IMG/VR virus record: IMGVR_UViG_3300012206_000001
Coordinates: 4,884-68,883 of that record
From: a virus
Length of the DNA: 64,000 bases
Direction: 5' to 3' (one strand)
Positions 19,785 to 29,896 of the stretch are shown here, piece by piece. The notes beneath the pieces are model-generated. The model did no database searches, was not told where the DNA came from, and saw nothing but the letters and a program-made list of their open reading frames with translations. Each line of letters starts with the position of its first letter. Position 1 is the stretch's first letter. The position numbers were made by a program, and so were the translations under genes.

Positions 19785-20560
19785 CAGCCGGCCCAGAGCC
19801 TGGTGCCCTTGGGCAGCGGCGTGTCCGGGGGCAGCGTCCCGCCCGTGACGCCGTTGATCCACCCGGCGAGGTCGTCGTGGAATGTGCCGTAGTGCACCGC
19901 TGTCATGCGCAGCAGCGCGCTGGCCGGGTACCCGAGTTTCCTGGCGAGCTGGGCGAGGCTGGACTGCCCGGCGGTGACGTACTCGCCGCGGAATCCCTGC
20001 GCCGGGTGCGCGGGCGGGCCGCCGGAGACGGCGGCGAGCCAGTCCGCGCTGAACACGGACACGTCGTAGGTGCCGGCGTTGCGGTACTGGACGCCGATGA
20101 CGGGGAACGGGCCGCCGGCGAACTGGACGAGAGCCGCGGCCTCGGCCTCGGTCAGGCCCCAGTTGGCGATCCACAGGCCGGGACCCTGCGTGATGCCCCC
20201 GGCGATGAGGGCGTTGACGACGGTGGTGACGGCGGACAGGGACATGTAGATGGCGGGGTGCCGCTGCCCGGGCCGCTTGCCTGACGCGTAGTTGGCGGCG
20301 GCGGCCTCGGACCAGCGGGCGACGTCGGCGGGGTGGGCTGCGCCCTGCTCCACGTCGAGGATGTCGGCGGTGGTGTCGGTGGCGCCGGGGTCCTGGCAGA
20401 TGCGGACCGCGCCAGGATGGGCAGCCCAGTCCGCCGGGGTCCACGGGACGATGCCGGTGCCGGTCGAATACCCGGCGGCCTGCCCGCGGGGCAGGTGCCC
20501 GATGTTGGCGTGGATGGCATCAAAGACGGGTGTCGTGGCGATCGTCAAACCTGCCTCCAA
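19784..20560 (-). CDS. endolysin, GH25/DUF1906-like muramidase
   Basis: DILDVEQG, PAIY, LWIANW, GVQY, YDVSVF. Confidence 0.65.
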   Translation of the reverse strand: MEAGLTIATTPVFDAIHANIGHLPRGQAAGYSTGTGIVPWTPADWAAHPGAVRICQDPGATDTTADILDVEQGAAHPADVARWSEAAAANYASGKRPGQRHPAIYMSLSAVTTVVNALIAGGITQGPGLWIANWGLTEAEAAALVQFAGGPFPVIGVQYRNAGTYDVSVFSADWLAAVSGGPPAHPAQGFRGEYVTAGQSSLAQLARKLGYPASALLRMTAVHYGTFHDDLAGWINGVTGGTLPPDTPLPKGTRLWAG

Positions 20561-20859
20561 ATGTGGCCTTCGTCGAGGTAGCCGTGCCAGCTGTCATCGC
20601 TCTGCCCGGTCGTGTCGCCTGCCAGCAGGTTGCTGATGCTCGGCCGGATTTCCAGCGAGCCGTCCGGGCACTCGCGGAAGGTGTGCGGCGGGCTGCATAC
20701 ATGGTTGACGCCCCGCGCCCGGAGCGGCGCATCAGGATCGCGGGCGTTGGGCTTGAGGTAGAACACGGCGGGCAGGTCACCGGTCATCCCGACATGGGGG
20801 CCGAAGTAGTCACCCGGCCGCTCGATCTCGCCGAAGGACCGGACGCGCCGCCCGATCAT
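20545..20859 (-). CDS. DUF6527-like protein
   Basis: DGSLEIRPSI...WHGYLDEG.W. Confidence 0.55.
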   Translation of the reverse strand: MIGRRVRSFGEIERPGDYFGPHVGMTGDLPAVFYLKPNARDPDAPLRARGVNHVCSPPHTFRECPDGSLEIRPSISNLLAGDTTGQSDDSWHGYLDEGHIWRQV

Positions 20860-20936
20860 CAGATGCCGGCTCCCGCCGCGGCCGAGGGCGGTGGCGGCCC
20901 GGCCGCGGCGGGAGGAACAGGGGGCTGGCGCACGCC

Positions 20937-21110
20937 TCAGGGGCTCTGGCAGGACGCCGGCCGGGCGTCTGCCGCGCCGGTGCACTGACCAGAACTGCCG
21001 GCCCCGTTCCCGCCGTTGGTGGGCGGCGACGGGTTAGCGGACGCCGCGGCGGCGGTGCCGGCGATGAGCCCGGCGGCGAGGATGGCCGCCGTGACTGCCT
21101 TCTTGATCAT
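20937..21110 (-). CDS. small secreted peptide
   Basis: RBS GAAGGAAGG; signal peptide MIKKAVTAAILAAGLIAGTAAAASA; two Cys in the mature part. Confidence 0.6.
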   Translation of the reverse strand: MIKKAVTAAILAAGLIAGTAAAASANPSPPTNGGNGAGSSGQCTGAADARPASCQSP

Positions 21111-21295
21111 GGTTCCTTCCTTCCGGGTTGGGGATCTATCACCTTGACCGTGGAGGACGCTGGCGCCGCTGCGGGTGGCGGCGCCGGGGCGTGGGCCGGG
21201 CCGGTGACGTGCCGCCGGACGGCGATGACGCCGCCGATGGCGCTGACCAGCCCGGTGGCGGCGGTGACCAGCGCGGCCAGTTCTGTCGTGCTCAT
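21107..21295 (-). CDS. holin-like small membrane protein
   Basis: Single TM; position in lysis cassette; RBS GAGGAGG. Confidence 0.5.
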   Translation of the reverse strand: MSTTELAALVTAATGLVSAIGGVIAVRRHVTGPAHAPAPPPAAAPASSTVKVIDPQPGRKEP

Positions 21296-21509
21296 GGCGG
21301 GCCTCCTCAGCTGACCGGGGCACCCATCAGCGCGCGCTTGATCCGGCCCGGCAGCTTCTTCTGCAGGTCAGGCGGCCAGAACCTGGGGTCGATGTGCCGG
21401 CCGCAGAGGGGCGTCTCGCGGCCGTCGGCCTTGATCACGACGGCCGCCGTCTCACGGCATTCCCGGTTTTGCTCGTGGTAGATGCAGACGCTCATCCCAG
21501 TTCTCCTTT

Positions 21510-21913
21510 TCAGCTGACCGGCAACTTAAAGAAAGCAGCCCACTTCACGAACGACGGCGCGGGCGGCGGCAGCGTCCCGGGGCATCCCAGGCCGCGCCAG
21601 GAGACCCGCGCGTCGGAGACGATCTGCACCGCCAGCAGCGTCGCCTTGCGGGTGACCGGGTTGACGGAGATGGGGAGGTCCGCCAGGTGGGCGTAGAACC
21701 CGCATGCGCTGCGCTCCGCGTGCCGGACGCGGTGGACCTGCTGGGTGGTGTAGATCAGGTTCGCGGCGCCGATGACGGCGGTGACGGCGAACAGGACGAC
21801 GAGGGACCAGGCGAGCCGGCGGCTGGCCCGCCGGGCGCCCTCGGTGATGTACGGTTCGCTCGTCATCGCGACGTGGAGCCTCTCGCCGCTCTCCCCCGCC
21901 TCGTCAGCGCTCA
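21510..21913 (-). CDS. membrane protein, lysis cassette
   Basis: TM LAWSLVVLFAVTAVIGAANLIY; two Cys. Confidence 0.55.
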
Positions 21914-22179
21914 CCGGATGGCCCCTGTGAGGTAGGCGATTGCGGTAGCCCATGCGGCGGCGTCGGCGGCGAGGAAGAGGATTTCACGCCGAATCCGGAC
22001 AGGATCTTGCCCGCGTGGAAGCCCGCCCCGATGCCGGTCATGGCCAGCCCGGCGGCGATGACCGCGTCGTCGGGGGACGCCGCGGCGAACACCTCGGCCA
22101 GGATGATCGCCAGGCCCCCGAACGTGAGGAAAACATCTTTCCAGAGGCTCCATATCGCCTGGGTCAGCCATCGGCTCAC
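21904..22179 (-). CDS. two-TM membrane protein (holin candidate)
   Basis: Two hydrophobic helices; position in lysis cassette. Confidence 0.55.
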   Translation of the reverse strand: MSRWLTQAIWSLWKDVFLTFGGLAIILAEVFAAASPDDAVIAAGLAMTGIGAGFHAGKILSGFGVKSSSSPPTPPHGLPQSPTSQGPSGER

Positions 22180-22487
22180 TGTCCCCCTGCTCTCCCGCTC
22201 TGAGGGCTACTCACGTGCATGTGCATCCGCATGTGCCGTCAGCGTGTGCGTTTCCACCGCGGCGGCGGTTCCCGGCCGGCCCGCAGCCACCTGGCCCGCC
22301 ACGCGTCGTCCCGCCGGTCGCAGCGCACCGGGCAGGCGGCTGCGCAGGCTGCCGTCCCGCACTTGCTTCCGGGTCTCGCCGGTGTCCGGGTCGATCGCGT
22401 CCAGCCAGGCCGTGGCGCGTTCCCACGGCCCGCGGTACCGGACGGCGAACAGCAGCCGCCAGTGCGGGTCGTCACCGCCTGGCATGC

Positions 22488-25400
22488 CTAGTTTCCGAGC
22501 CGTTCGAACAGCGACCCGCGGCAGGTCAGGGTCTGTCCCGTCTGAGCGGAACCCCACCCGCCGAATATCCCCAGGGTGTTGCTGACCGTGGTGTCCCAGG
22601 TGATGTTCGTGGAGTCGCCGAGTCCGCTGTACCCGTTGCTGGCGCCGCTGCTGGTGTGGATGACCAGGTTGAACGTGCCTGACCCGCTGGGGCCGGTATT
22701 GCCCACCAGGAAGCTTCCCTCGGCCCGGAAGTACACGTTGGCGTTGGACTGCGCGGAGACGGGGATGGCGGCCTGGGCGTTGCCGCCGGACAGGTTCATC
22801 GACAGCTGCGTCTGGGTGGCTGACCCGAAGTGGCCGTCGCCCCAGGCGGTGACCCGGTACAGGGTGCCGGCCTGCGCGTCGCCCGCGGGGATGGCCCATG
22901 CCTTGGTGAGCGCGCTGAACCCGCTGCCGGTGACGGTGTGCGGGGTGTTGTCGGCCTGGGACGAGGACAGCGGCGCGGCGTACCCGGCGGGGGTCTGCAG
23001 CATCATCCGGCCCTGGGTGGAGCCGATCAGGGATGACTGCTGGGTGTACGGGCCGCCCGGGGAGGTGGCGGTGGAGACGATGAGGCTGCCGTCGCGGACG
23101 CTGGTGGCGAACCAGGTGCCGCCGGTCAGGGTGTAGCTGGTGCGGCCGGCGAGGGCGAGGTTCCCGAACGCGTCGGTGTAGTTCGCGCTGGTGTCTGAGC
23201 CGGTGAGGTTCCCCGCGGCGGGGGTGCCGGAGTAGAGCAGGAGGCGGGCGCCGGTGATGTCGGTGGCGTTGACGATGCCGGCGACGACGATGCCGGAGGC
23301 GAGCAGGGCCGCGGTGATCGTCCCGGCGGCGATATTGCCGGCCACGATGGTCCCGGCCCGGATCAGCGCCGAGGTGATCGTCCCGGCCTGGATGGTGGCG
23401 GTGCCGTCGAACAGGACCGGCATCCACGCGGACCCAGACCACTGGGAGATCAGCCCGGTCGCTGACGCGATCCACATGTCGTTCAGGTTCGGCGTGGCGG
23501 GGGCGGTGGCGGAGATGGTGACGGCGTTCCCGCCGAGGGTGCGGATGGTGATCCCGGAGTTCAGCATGGCCGGGGTGATCGACCCGTCGGGGATGACCGA
23601 TCCCCCGGCGCCCGGCGCCTGCGAGGTGGTGACGCTGCCGCCGGGCAGCTGCGCGAGCTGGACGGTGCCCGGCGAGAATCCCGTCTCCCACGGCGTCTCG
23701 GGGACCGAGTTGAACTCGAACGTCCACTGTTTCGGGCCGAGTGTCTCGGAGTACCCCTGGACCAGCTGTCTCGCCGTGGCGGGGCCGCCGTACGCGGGCA
23801 TGTTCGTGATCTGGAAGTAGTCGCCGGGCCGCAGCGCGGGGACGGCGGCGAAGTACGCGGCGTTCTGGGCGCGGACCATTTTCAGGGTGACGACGGGGAG
23901 CCGGATCTCATCGACGGTGCCGAGGTTCAGGAGCCAGTTCGCGATGCCGGGCATCTGGCTGTCGTCGGCGGCGCTCACGGTCCGGGTGTAGGCGTAGCCG
24001 TTGCCGACCCCCGCCGACGGGTTGAGCACCGACATGGCCCCGGCGGTGAGGATGGCGCCCTGGGTGTACCCGGTCCAGTTGGTGACGGTGATGTTGTTCC
24101 GGGTGAGCTGGGCGTCGAAGACGGGGGCGAGGGCGGGGTCCAGCAGCCCGGCGGTGTAGGGGAGCACGACGGCGGCGGCCTGGTTTGCCATGGAGGCGCT
24201 GGACCGGTAGCCGAGGCCGAACTGGCTGCGGGATTCGAACAGCAGCCCGCAGTCGGTGTCCTCGATCATCTGCAGGAGGCCGGCGAGGGTGTCGTCGACC
24301 TGCGGGCCCATCGGCGCCGTGGCGCCCGGCGCGCCGATCGTCTCGGCCGCGATGCCCATCTCGGCGCACAGCCGGGTGAACCGGTCCATGGCCCGCTCGC
24401 CCAGGTACCCGTTCAGCGGCCACTGCGAGTTCACCAAGGTCGGCGGGGTGCCGTAGAACACCGCCACGTGCCCCACGGCGGTGTCCATCAGGGCATTCGC
24501 GCGGCTGATTTTCACCGCGGAGACGGCACCCACCGTCGCGGAGGTCAGCGTGCCGGATATCGTCTCGGTGACCGACCCGGATCCCGGCTTGATGATGGAC
24601 AGCGCGAACAGCACGTTCCCGCCGCTGGGTGCCAGCTCGCAGGACACCAGGTACGGCTGGCCCTTCACGCTGGTGGTGGTGGTCCCGGACGCGATCACGG
24701 TGCCGCCGGAGTTGCGGAGCTGGATCAGCAGCGTCCCGTTGTAGTTGAGGTACACCTCGAATTTCGCCACGGTCCCCGCCGAGTCGACCTCGGCCAGGTT
24801 CCAGTTCGTCGTGCCGCTGGCACTGTCCCCGGCGGCGGGGACGGACAGCAGGAACCGGGTGAAATTGTTCGTCGCGGTCCCCCCGGCGGGCACGGTGAAC
24901 GTGACCGCCGCCGCGTTCAGCTGCACGACCGCGTCGCTGCCCTTGAAATCGGAGTTCGCGGCCAGGGACAGGCCCGAACCTGTGGCCGCGAACGCCCAGG
25001 TCGCCGCGGGCGTGCCCGCGGCTGACGCGAACGGGATGAGCCCCGTGGACCCGGTGCCGTCCTCGCACGGCCAGTACGCCCGCGGGGCGGCTGTTCCCGT
25101 CTGGTTCGCGTAGTGGCGGCGGAACGCGGAGCCCAGCGTGGTGATCAGCTGCGACATCCGCTGCCATATCCCCGCCGCGGTGATGTCGCAGTAGATGTCG
25201 CGCCCGGAGACATCCCATTTCGGCGGCCAGTCGGTGACCTCGCCGCAGAACCGGTACCCGGTGTAGGCGGCGCCTGTGACGGACTGGGAGCTGACCGACA
25301 GCCGCAGCTGCACATTCCGGGTGATGAACGGATACCAGGCGCCGGCCGTGTTCTTCGGGGTGAAGCGGCCGTCGCGGTTGTCCAGGGTCAGGGTCAGCTG

Positions 25401-28400
25401 CGCGGCCTGCAGCGTGGACGTCCAGTCGGGGCGGCCCATGCTCGTGATCTGCACCGGGTTCCGCTGGTACAGGTACGCGGAGACGTCCGTCCAGGTGCCG
25501 CCCAGCAGCAGCTCGGCCTTGACGCCGAGGGGCCTGGCGGGGAAGACGGGCGGCCCGGCGGGCGTGCCGGCCAGCCCGGTGGCGGACGGGGTGACCGTGA
25601 CCCCGGTCGACGGGGCGCCCGCGCCGCCCCGCGTCCCGGCGGCGGACGGGGTGACCGTGACCCCGGTGGTCCGGGTAACCGCGATCCGCGGGGTTCCGGC
25701 GGCGGAGTGACCGATCGTGACACCCGTGGAGGGGCTGCCGGAGAACACGACCGTCGGCGGGCTGTACGCGGCGACGGCACCCTGCCAGGCCACCGAATCA
25801 CCCAGGGTCCAGGTGAAGTTCTGCGCCGAGCCGGTCAGCGCGTCCGCCGCGGCGAAGCAGGCGAAGATGTTGCCGTCAGTGTCGCGGAACTCCTCGGCCT
25901 GCAGCGCGGACCCGGTGAAGGTGATGGTCTCCGGGCTCAGGCTGCTGAAGTCAACGAACCCGCCGAACACCACGCCGCCCGCCGCCGCCGGGGTGGCGCT
26001 GCCTGTCGACGCGGATGTGCTGCCCGCGCTGGACGCGGTGTTCGTCGCGTCGGGCGGGCCGGCTTTCATCCCGATGTACTCGATGCCGCCGCCCTGGATG
26101 GTGCGGGACGAGCTGTCGGTGACGGTGACCGTGTAAGCCCCGGACGCCGGGAGGGTGATGTTGTTAGCCCGGTAGATGAAGGCGCCGTATCCGCTGGTGC
26201 CACCGGTGGTATTGCTGGCGTCCAGCGTGTACGTGACCGGCGTGGTGCCGTTATCCACTACGGACGTGGGCTGCAATGCCGGCGCCCCGGACTGGACGAA
26301 CAGCAAGATGGAGCTGCCGGCGGCAGGATTGGCCGGCCAGGTGATCGTGCAGGACGTGCCGGACCCGCCGGCGACCTGGCCCAGGTTGCTGACCTGCCCC
26401 CGGCCGATCGAGCCGCCGCCCTTGGACCCGGCGGCGGACGGGGTTATCGTGATGCCCGTCGACGCGCTGCCGGACGGGGAGCCCGCGGGGACGGTCGCGG
26501 TGAAGATGGCCGCCACCCCGGCGTAGGAACCGGTTTGCGTCACGATGGCCCGGCGGGTCCAGACCAGGCCGAGCCCGGAGCTGTCGGTGATAGTGATATT
26601 GGACGCCGCGGTGCCCTGGCAGGACGACATGACGACCGCGGCCAGCACCGCCCCGCCGGGCGGCGTGAAACTGGCGGTGACCAGGGGGCTGGCCAGCCCG
26701 GTCACCACCGCCGGGGTGGACGCGTCGATCAGGGGCGAGCCGGACGCTTTCAGCTCGTACGCGACGATGTCGTTCCAGTCGTTAGGCGCCGTCGAGCAGC
26801 CCGCCGTGACCGGGGTCCCGGCCGTCACGGTGCCCGTGTATTTTCCTTCCGCGTACGTGTACGCGGTCCCGATCGCCCCGGTATCGGTGATCGAGTTGGA
26901 CGCCGCCGCCGTCAGCGCCACCGTGTTCCGCTCGAACACGCCGAACAGGATGAGCGACCCGCTGGCGGCCGGGGTGACCGTCACCGTGTCGGCCGCCGGG
27001 CCGAACGCCTGCAGCTGCCCGGATCCCCCGCCCGCCTCCGTCACCCCGGTGACGGCGAAGACTTTCAGCGCGCCGCCGTCGCCGAAATTATCAACCGACG
27101 CGGTGACCGTCATCGGCACCCCGCCGCCGCCCGCCGAGGTGGTGGTGAATGCCTGGTCGGCGCCGTGCGTGGTGCCGAACGAGTTCGTCGCGTTCAGCCG
27201 GTAATGGTAGGTCTGGGAGGCGGTCAGCCCGGCCAGGCTGTAGCTCTCGCCGACGGCCGCCGACCCGGACCCGGCCGACCCTGCCACCGCCGGGACCGCG
27301 GTGCCGTACCCGGTGGTGGTGCCGTACTCGAACTGGTACGTCGTGGCCGCGGTCCGCGGGTTGACCGTCCCGTTCAGGACCGCCGCCGTGGCCGCCACCC
27401 CGGTCGCCGCGGACGTGATGACCGTGGGCGCCCCCGGGGTGGACGCGAACGCCGCGCTGTACGCGTTCAGGGTCAGCGGGTAGGAGGAGGACAGCGGGAT
27501 GATGCCGTCGGTGGCCGAGTCGAAATAGCAGTGGAACGCGACGTTGTTGGCGGCGACCCACGCCGCGATGCCCTGGATGTAGTACGGGTCGTCGCCGAGG
27601 CCGCCGCTGGTCCCGCCGAGCTGGGTGCCCCACTCGCCCAGCGCGAGGGGCTTGCTGTGCGAGTGCGCGAAATTCGTGATGTCGGTCAGCCCGTACGCCT
27701 GCCCGAACAGGGAAGTGGTGGTCGCCGCTGACGGGGCGGGCTGGGTGCCGTTGGCGAACGCGTCGTAGGCGTCGATCCCGATGATGTCAACGTAGGCGTC
27801 GCCGGGGTAGTAGTCGGCGAACGGGACCCCGGCCACGACCGCGTTGGGGCACCAGCAGAACAGGAAGTTCGCGCCGGCGACCGCGCGCATCGCGGTGACC
27901 TCCTGCGCGAAGGTCTGTGCCCACAGGTTCCGCATCTGGACCGTGCCGCCGCCGGGGGCGGTGCCGCCGATCGAGTCGATGTTCCAGTTGCCGTTGCATT
28001 CCAGGCCCATGCGGATGACCGAGGAGCCCAGCCCGTTCGCCACCAGGTTGGCCGCCAGCGCTGTCGCGTGGCTGTTGAACGCCCCGGCGGCCCCGTTCGT
28101 CTCCCAGGTCAGCGGGTCGCTCATCGACCCGCCCGCAGTGGACAGCAGGTTGTAGGAGACGATCAGCTGCCGGTTCGACGGGTCAGCCGCCACCCACGCC
28201 GTGTACCCCTGCGACGGGTCATTCGCGAACCAGGGCTGCTCCCAGTCGGTCCAGGTCGGGACGTTGGTGTTGAACACTTCCAGGCAGCTGAACGTCACCC
28301 CGGTGGCCGTCTGCGCCGCCGCCAGGTTCGTCATCGCCACGCTGCCCGCCCCGGCCAGGACATACAGGGCAGGCGTCTTTGAGTTCGCCGAGATCAGCGG

Positions 28401-28403
28401 CAT
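22488..28403 (-). CDS. giant minor tail protein with N-terminal GH26-like glycoside hydrolase
   Basis: IRMGLECNGNW, YYPGDAYVDIIGIDAYD, KPLALGEWG; FN3-like segment; WTDVSAY...LTLDNRDGRFTP minor-tail motif; ITAALIxAG fibre repeats. Confidence 0.8.
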   Translation of the reverse strand: MPLISANSKTPALYVLAGAGSVAMTNLAAAQTATGVTFSCLEVFNTNVPTWTDWEQPWFANDPSQGYTAWVAADPSNRQLIVSYNLLSTAGGSMSDPLTWETNGAAGAFNSHATALAANLVANGLGSSVIRMGLECNGNWNIDSIGGTAPGGGTVQMRNLWAQTFAQEVTAMRAVAGANFLFCWCPNAVVAGVPFADYYPGDAYVDIIGIDAYDAFANGTQPAPSAATTTSLFGQAYGLTDITNFAHSHSKPLALGEWGTQLGGTSGGLGDDPYYIQGIAAWVAANNVAFHCYFDSATDGIIPLSSSYPLTLNAYSAAFASTPGAPTVITSAATGVAATAAVLNGTVNPRTAATTYQFEYGTTTGYGTAVPAVAGSAGSGSAAVGESYSLAGLTASQTYHYRLNATNSFGTTHGADQAFTTTSAGGGGVPMTVTASVDNFGDGGALKVFAVTGVTEAGGGSGQLQAFGPAADTVTVTPAASGSLILFGVFERNTVALTAAASNSITDTGAIGTAYTYAEGKYTGTVTAGTPVTAGCSTAPNDWNDIVAYELKASGSPLIDASTPAVVTGLASPLVTASFTPPGGAVLAAVVMSSCQGTAASNITITDSSGLGLVWTRRAIVTQTGSYAGVAAIFTATVPAGSPSGSASTGITITPSAAGSKGGGSIGRGQVSNLGQVAGGSGTSCTITWPANPAAGSSILLFVQSGAPALQPTSVVDNGTTPVTYTLDASNTTGGTSGYGAFIYRANNITLPASGAYTVTVTDSSSRTIQGGGIEYIGMKAGPPDATNTASSAGSTSASTGSATPAAAGGVVFGGFVDFSSLSPETITFTGSALQAEEFRDTDGNIFACFAAADALTGSAQNFTWTLGDSVAWQGAVAAYSPPTVVFSGSPSTGVTIGHSAAGTPRIAVTRTTGVTVTPSAAGTRGGAGAPSTGVTVTPSATGLAGTPAGPPVFPARPLGVKAELLLGGTWTDVSAYLYQRNPVQITSMGRPDWTSTLQAAQLTLTLDNRDGRFTPKNTAGAWYPFITRNVQLRLSVSSQSVTGAAYTGYRFCGEVTDWPPKWDVSGRDIYCDITAAGIWQRMSQLITTLGSAFRRHYANQTGTAAPRAYWPCEDGTGSTGLIPFASAAGTPAATWAFAATGSGLSLAANSDFKGSDAVVQLNAAAVTFTVPAGGTATNNFTRFLLSVPAAGDSASGTTNWNLAEVDSAGTVAKFEVYLNYNGTLLIQLRNSGGTVIASGTTTTSVKGQPYLVSCELAPSGGNVLFALSIIKPGSGSVTETISGTLTSATVGAVSAVKISRANALMDTAVGHVAVFYGTPPTLVNSQWPLNGYLGERAMDRFTRLCAEMGIAAETIGAPGATAPMGPQVDDTLAGLLQMIEDTDCGLLFESRSQFGLGYRSSASMANQAAAVVLPYTAGLLDPALAPVFDAQLTRNNITVTNWTGYTQGAILTAGAMSVLNPSAGVGNGYAYTRTVSAADDSQMPGIANWLLNLGTVDEIRLPVVTLKMVRAQNAAYFAAVPALRPGDYFQITNMPAYGGPATARQLVQGYSETLGPKQWTFEFNSVPETPWETGFSPGTVQLAQLPGGSVTTSQAPGAGGSVIPDGSITPAMLNSGITIRTLGGNAVTISATAPATPNLNDMWIASATGLISQWSGSAWMPVLFDGTATIQAGTITSALIRAGTIVAGNIAAGTITAALLASGIVVAGIVNATDITGARLLLYSGTPAAGNLTGSDTSANYTDAFGNLALAGRTSYTLTGGTWFATSVRDGSLIVSTATSPGGPYTQQSSLIGSTQGRMMLQTPAGYAAPLSSSQADNTPHTVTGSGFSALTKAWAIPAGDAQAGTLYRVTAWGDGHFGSATQTQLSMNLSGGNAQAAIPVSAQSNANVYFRAEGSFLVGNTGPSGSGTFNLVIHTSSGASNGYSGLGDSTNITWDTTVSNTLGIFGGWGSAQTGQTLTCRGSLFERLGN

Positions 28404-28441
28404 CCGGGACCTTCCCGCCAGGAGGGCTGCGCGGCTACTTG

Positions 28442-28723
28442 TTAGCTTGTGATGTACGCGTCCATCTGAACCGTCGAACCAGCGAGAGAACAAACATACA
28501 GGTAGGTGTTCGCAAGCAGGCTGATTACCGGAGTCGTCTCACCCGGAAAGAGGGGGATGCTTCCCCCGGCACCATCGACACCGATAGAACTAGAATAGCC
28601 AAACCATACTAGGTCCGTATTGGTGCTCCTGCTTTTAAGGACCACGGCTACGTCGGTGGAGAAATGGCCCCAGCCACCTGCGGTAGTACCGTTGGCGGTG
28701 ACGGTTTGAAAGGCCGTGGACAT
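28442..28723 (-). CDS. small beta-rich protein, low GC
   Basis: Open frame with RBS GAGGGGAA; GC lower than neighbours. Confidence 0.55.
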   Translation of the reverse strand: MSTAFQTVTANGTTAGGWGHFSTDVAVVLKSRSTNTDLVWFGYSSSIGVDGAGGSIPLFPGETTPVISLLANTYLYVCSLAGSTVQMDAYITS

Positions 28724-28766
28724 TTTATTCCCCTCTGTTTATGGTATTTTGCCATATCCGGTTAGC

Positions 28767-29135
28767 TTAGGCGGCAGTAAGTGTGGGCGTCAGGAGGTAA
28801 GTTCCGGCAGAAGAATAGGTCTGCGAGGCGGGGAGAAGCCCCCCGTCGTAATAGGTCACCCCGGAGATGGCGTCCCAGATGCCCCAGTGGGTGATGGTGG
28901 TCGAGGCGGGCACGTTGATGGTGACCTGCGAGCCGGTGACCGCCCCGGCGGAGGGAGCCCCCCAGGTGGTGGCCACCCGCGCGTAGGTGCCGCCGGCCAC
29001 CTCGTTCGCCCCGGTCGTGCCGGGGGTGGCCGTGTGCAGGCTGATGAAGTGAGCGTTCTTCTGGTTGGTGCCGACGCCGACCAGGGAGCTGAGCGTCTGG
29101 TTCAGCTCGGCGACGGTGGCGGAGAATGCGGACAA
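28767..29135 (-). CDS. small tail-associated virion protein
   Basis: SLHTATPGTTGANEVAGGTYARVA...ITHWGIWDA motif. Confidence 0.7.
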   Translation of the reverse strand: MSAFSATVAELNQTLSSLVGVGTNQKNAHFISLHTATPGTTGANEVAGGTYARVATTWGAPSAGAVTGSQVTINVPASTTITHWGIWDAISGVTYYDGGLLPASQTYSSAGTYLLTPTLTAA

Positions 29136-29242
29136 TACGATTACCTCTTTCTCTTCAGATATAATCGCAGGCAGGAACGCGAACGGGCCCGGCGGTGTGT
29201 CCAGCACCGTGACCCGGGCCCTGACCGAGAGGAACCTCGGCT

Positions 29243-29896
29243 ATGAGCAAGTCTGCCACCCCCTGCGCCGTGTGCGACCAGCCAACACGAGCCGAGACTG
29301 GCGTCTGTCAGCGAACCGCTGAATGCAGGACTGAACACCGACGTCGTTACCGGCAGGCCAAACCCGAGGCCGAGCGTGAACGGGGCCGTCGACGCCGACA
29401 GAACAACCCTGAAGGGGTACGTCGCGCGAAAGCCCGACACTACGCAGCTCACCGTGAACAGGTAAAAGAACGTGTCCGCACGTGGCAAACCGCCAATGCT
29501 GCCGAGATCAGTGCACGGAGGAGCGACGACCGCGTGAGAAATCCAGAATATTATCGCGTCCAGGACCTGCGGCTAAAGCACGGGATGCGACCCCGGGACT
29601 GGGCCGCGCTGTATGAAGCGCAAGCCGGCCTTTGCTACCTCTGCGGCGGTGAACTCGATATGGTAAAAAGCAAGGCGATTGCAGTTGACCATGACCATAG
29701 ATGCTGCCCCACCAGCAAGTCCTGCATGATCTGCCGACGCGGGCTCGCCTGCTCAAACTGCAATCTAGCGATCGGCATGGTATATGAAGACCCAGCCCGG
29801 CTCAGGCGCATAGCAGACGCACTGGAGGCCGCGCAACTGGAAGTCAACCGACGTCGAGCTGCCGTTGGCCAGATAGTAACGCTTTTTGATCAATGA
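29243..29896 (+). CDS. endonuclease VII-family homing endonuclease
   Basis: QAGLCYLC...VDHDH...RGLACSNCNLAIG. Confidence 0.85.
   Translation: MSKSATPCAVCDQPTRAETGVCQRTAECRTEHRRRYRQAKPEAERERGRRRRQNNPEGVRRAKARHYAAHREQVKERVRTWQTANAAEISARRSDDRVRNPEYYRVQDLRLKHGMRPRDWAALYEAQAGLCYLCGGELDMVKSKAIAVDHDHRCCPTSKSCMICRRGLACSNCNLAIGMVYEDPARLRRIADALEAAQLEVNRRRAAVGQIVTLFDQ

Noticed and set aside
22488-23300. Diversity-generating retroelement target at the tail protein C-terminus
   Set aside because: No reverse transcriptase and no adenine-variant template repeat seen in the window
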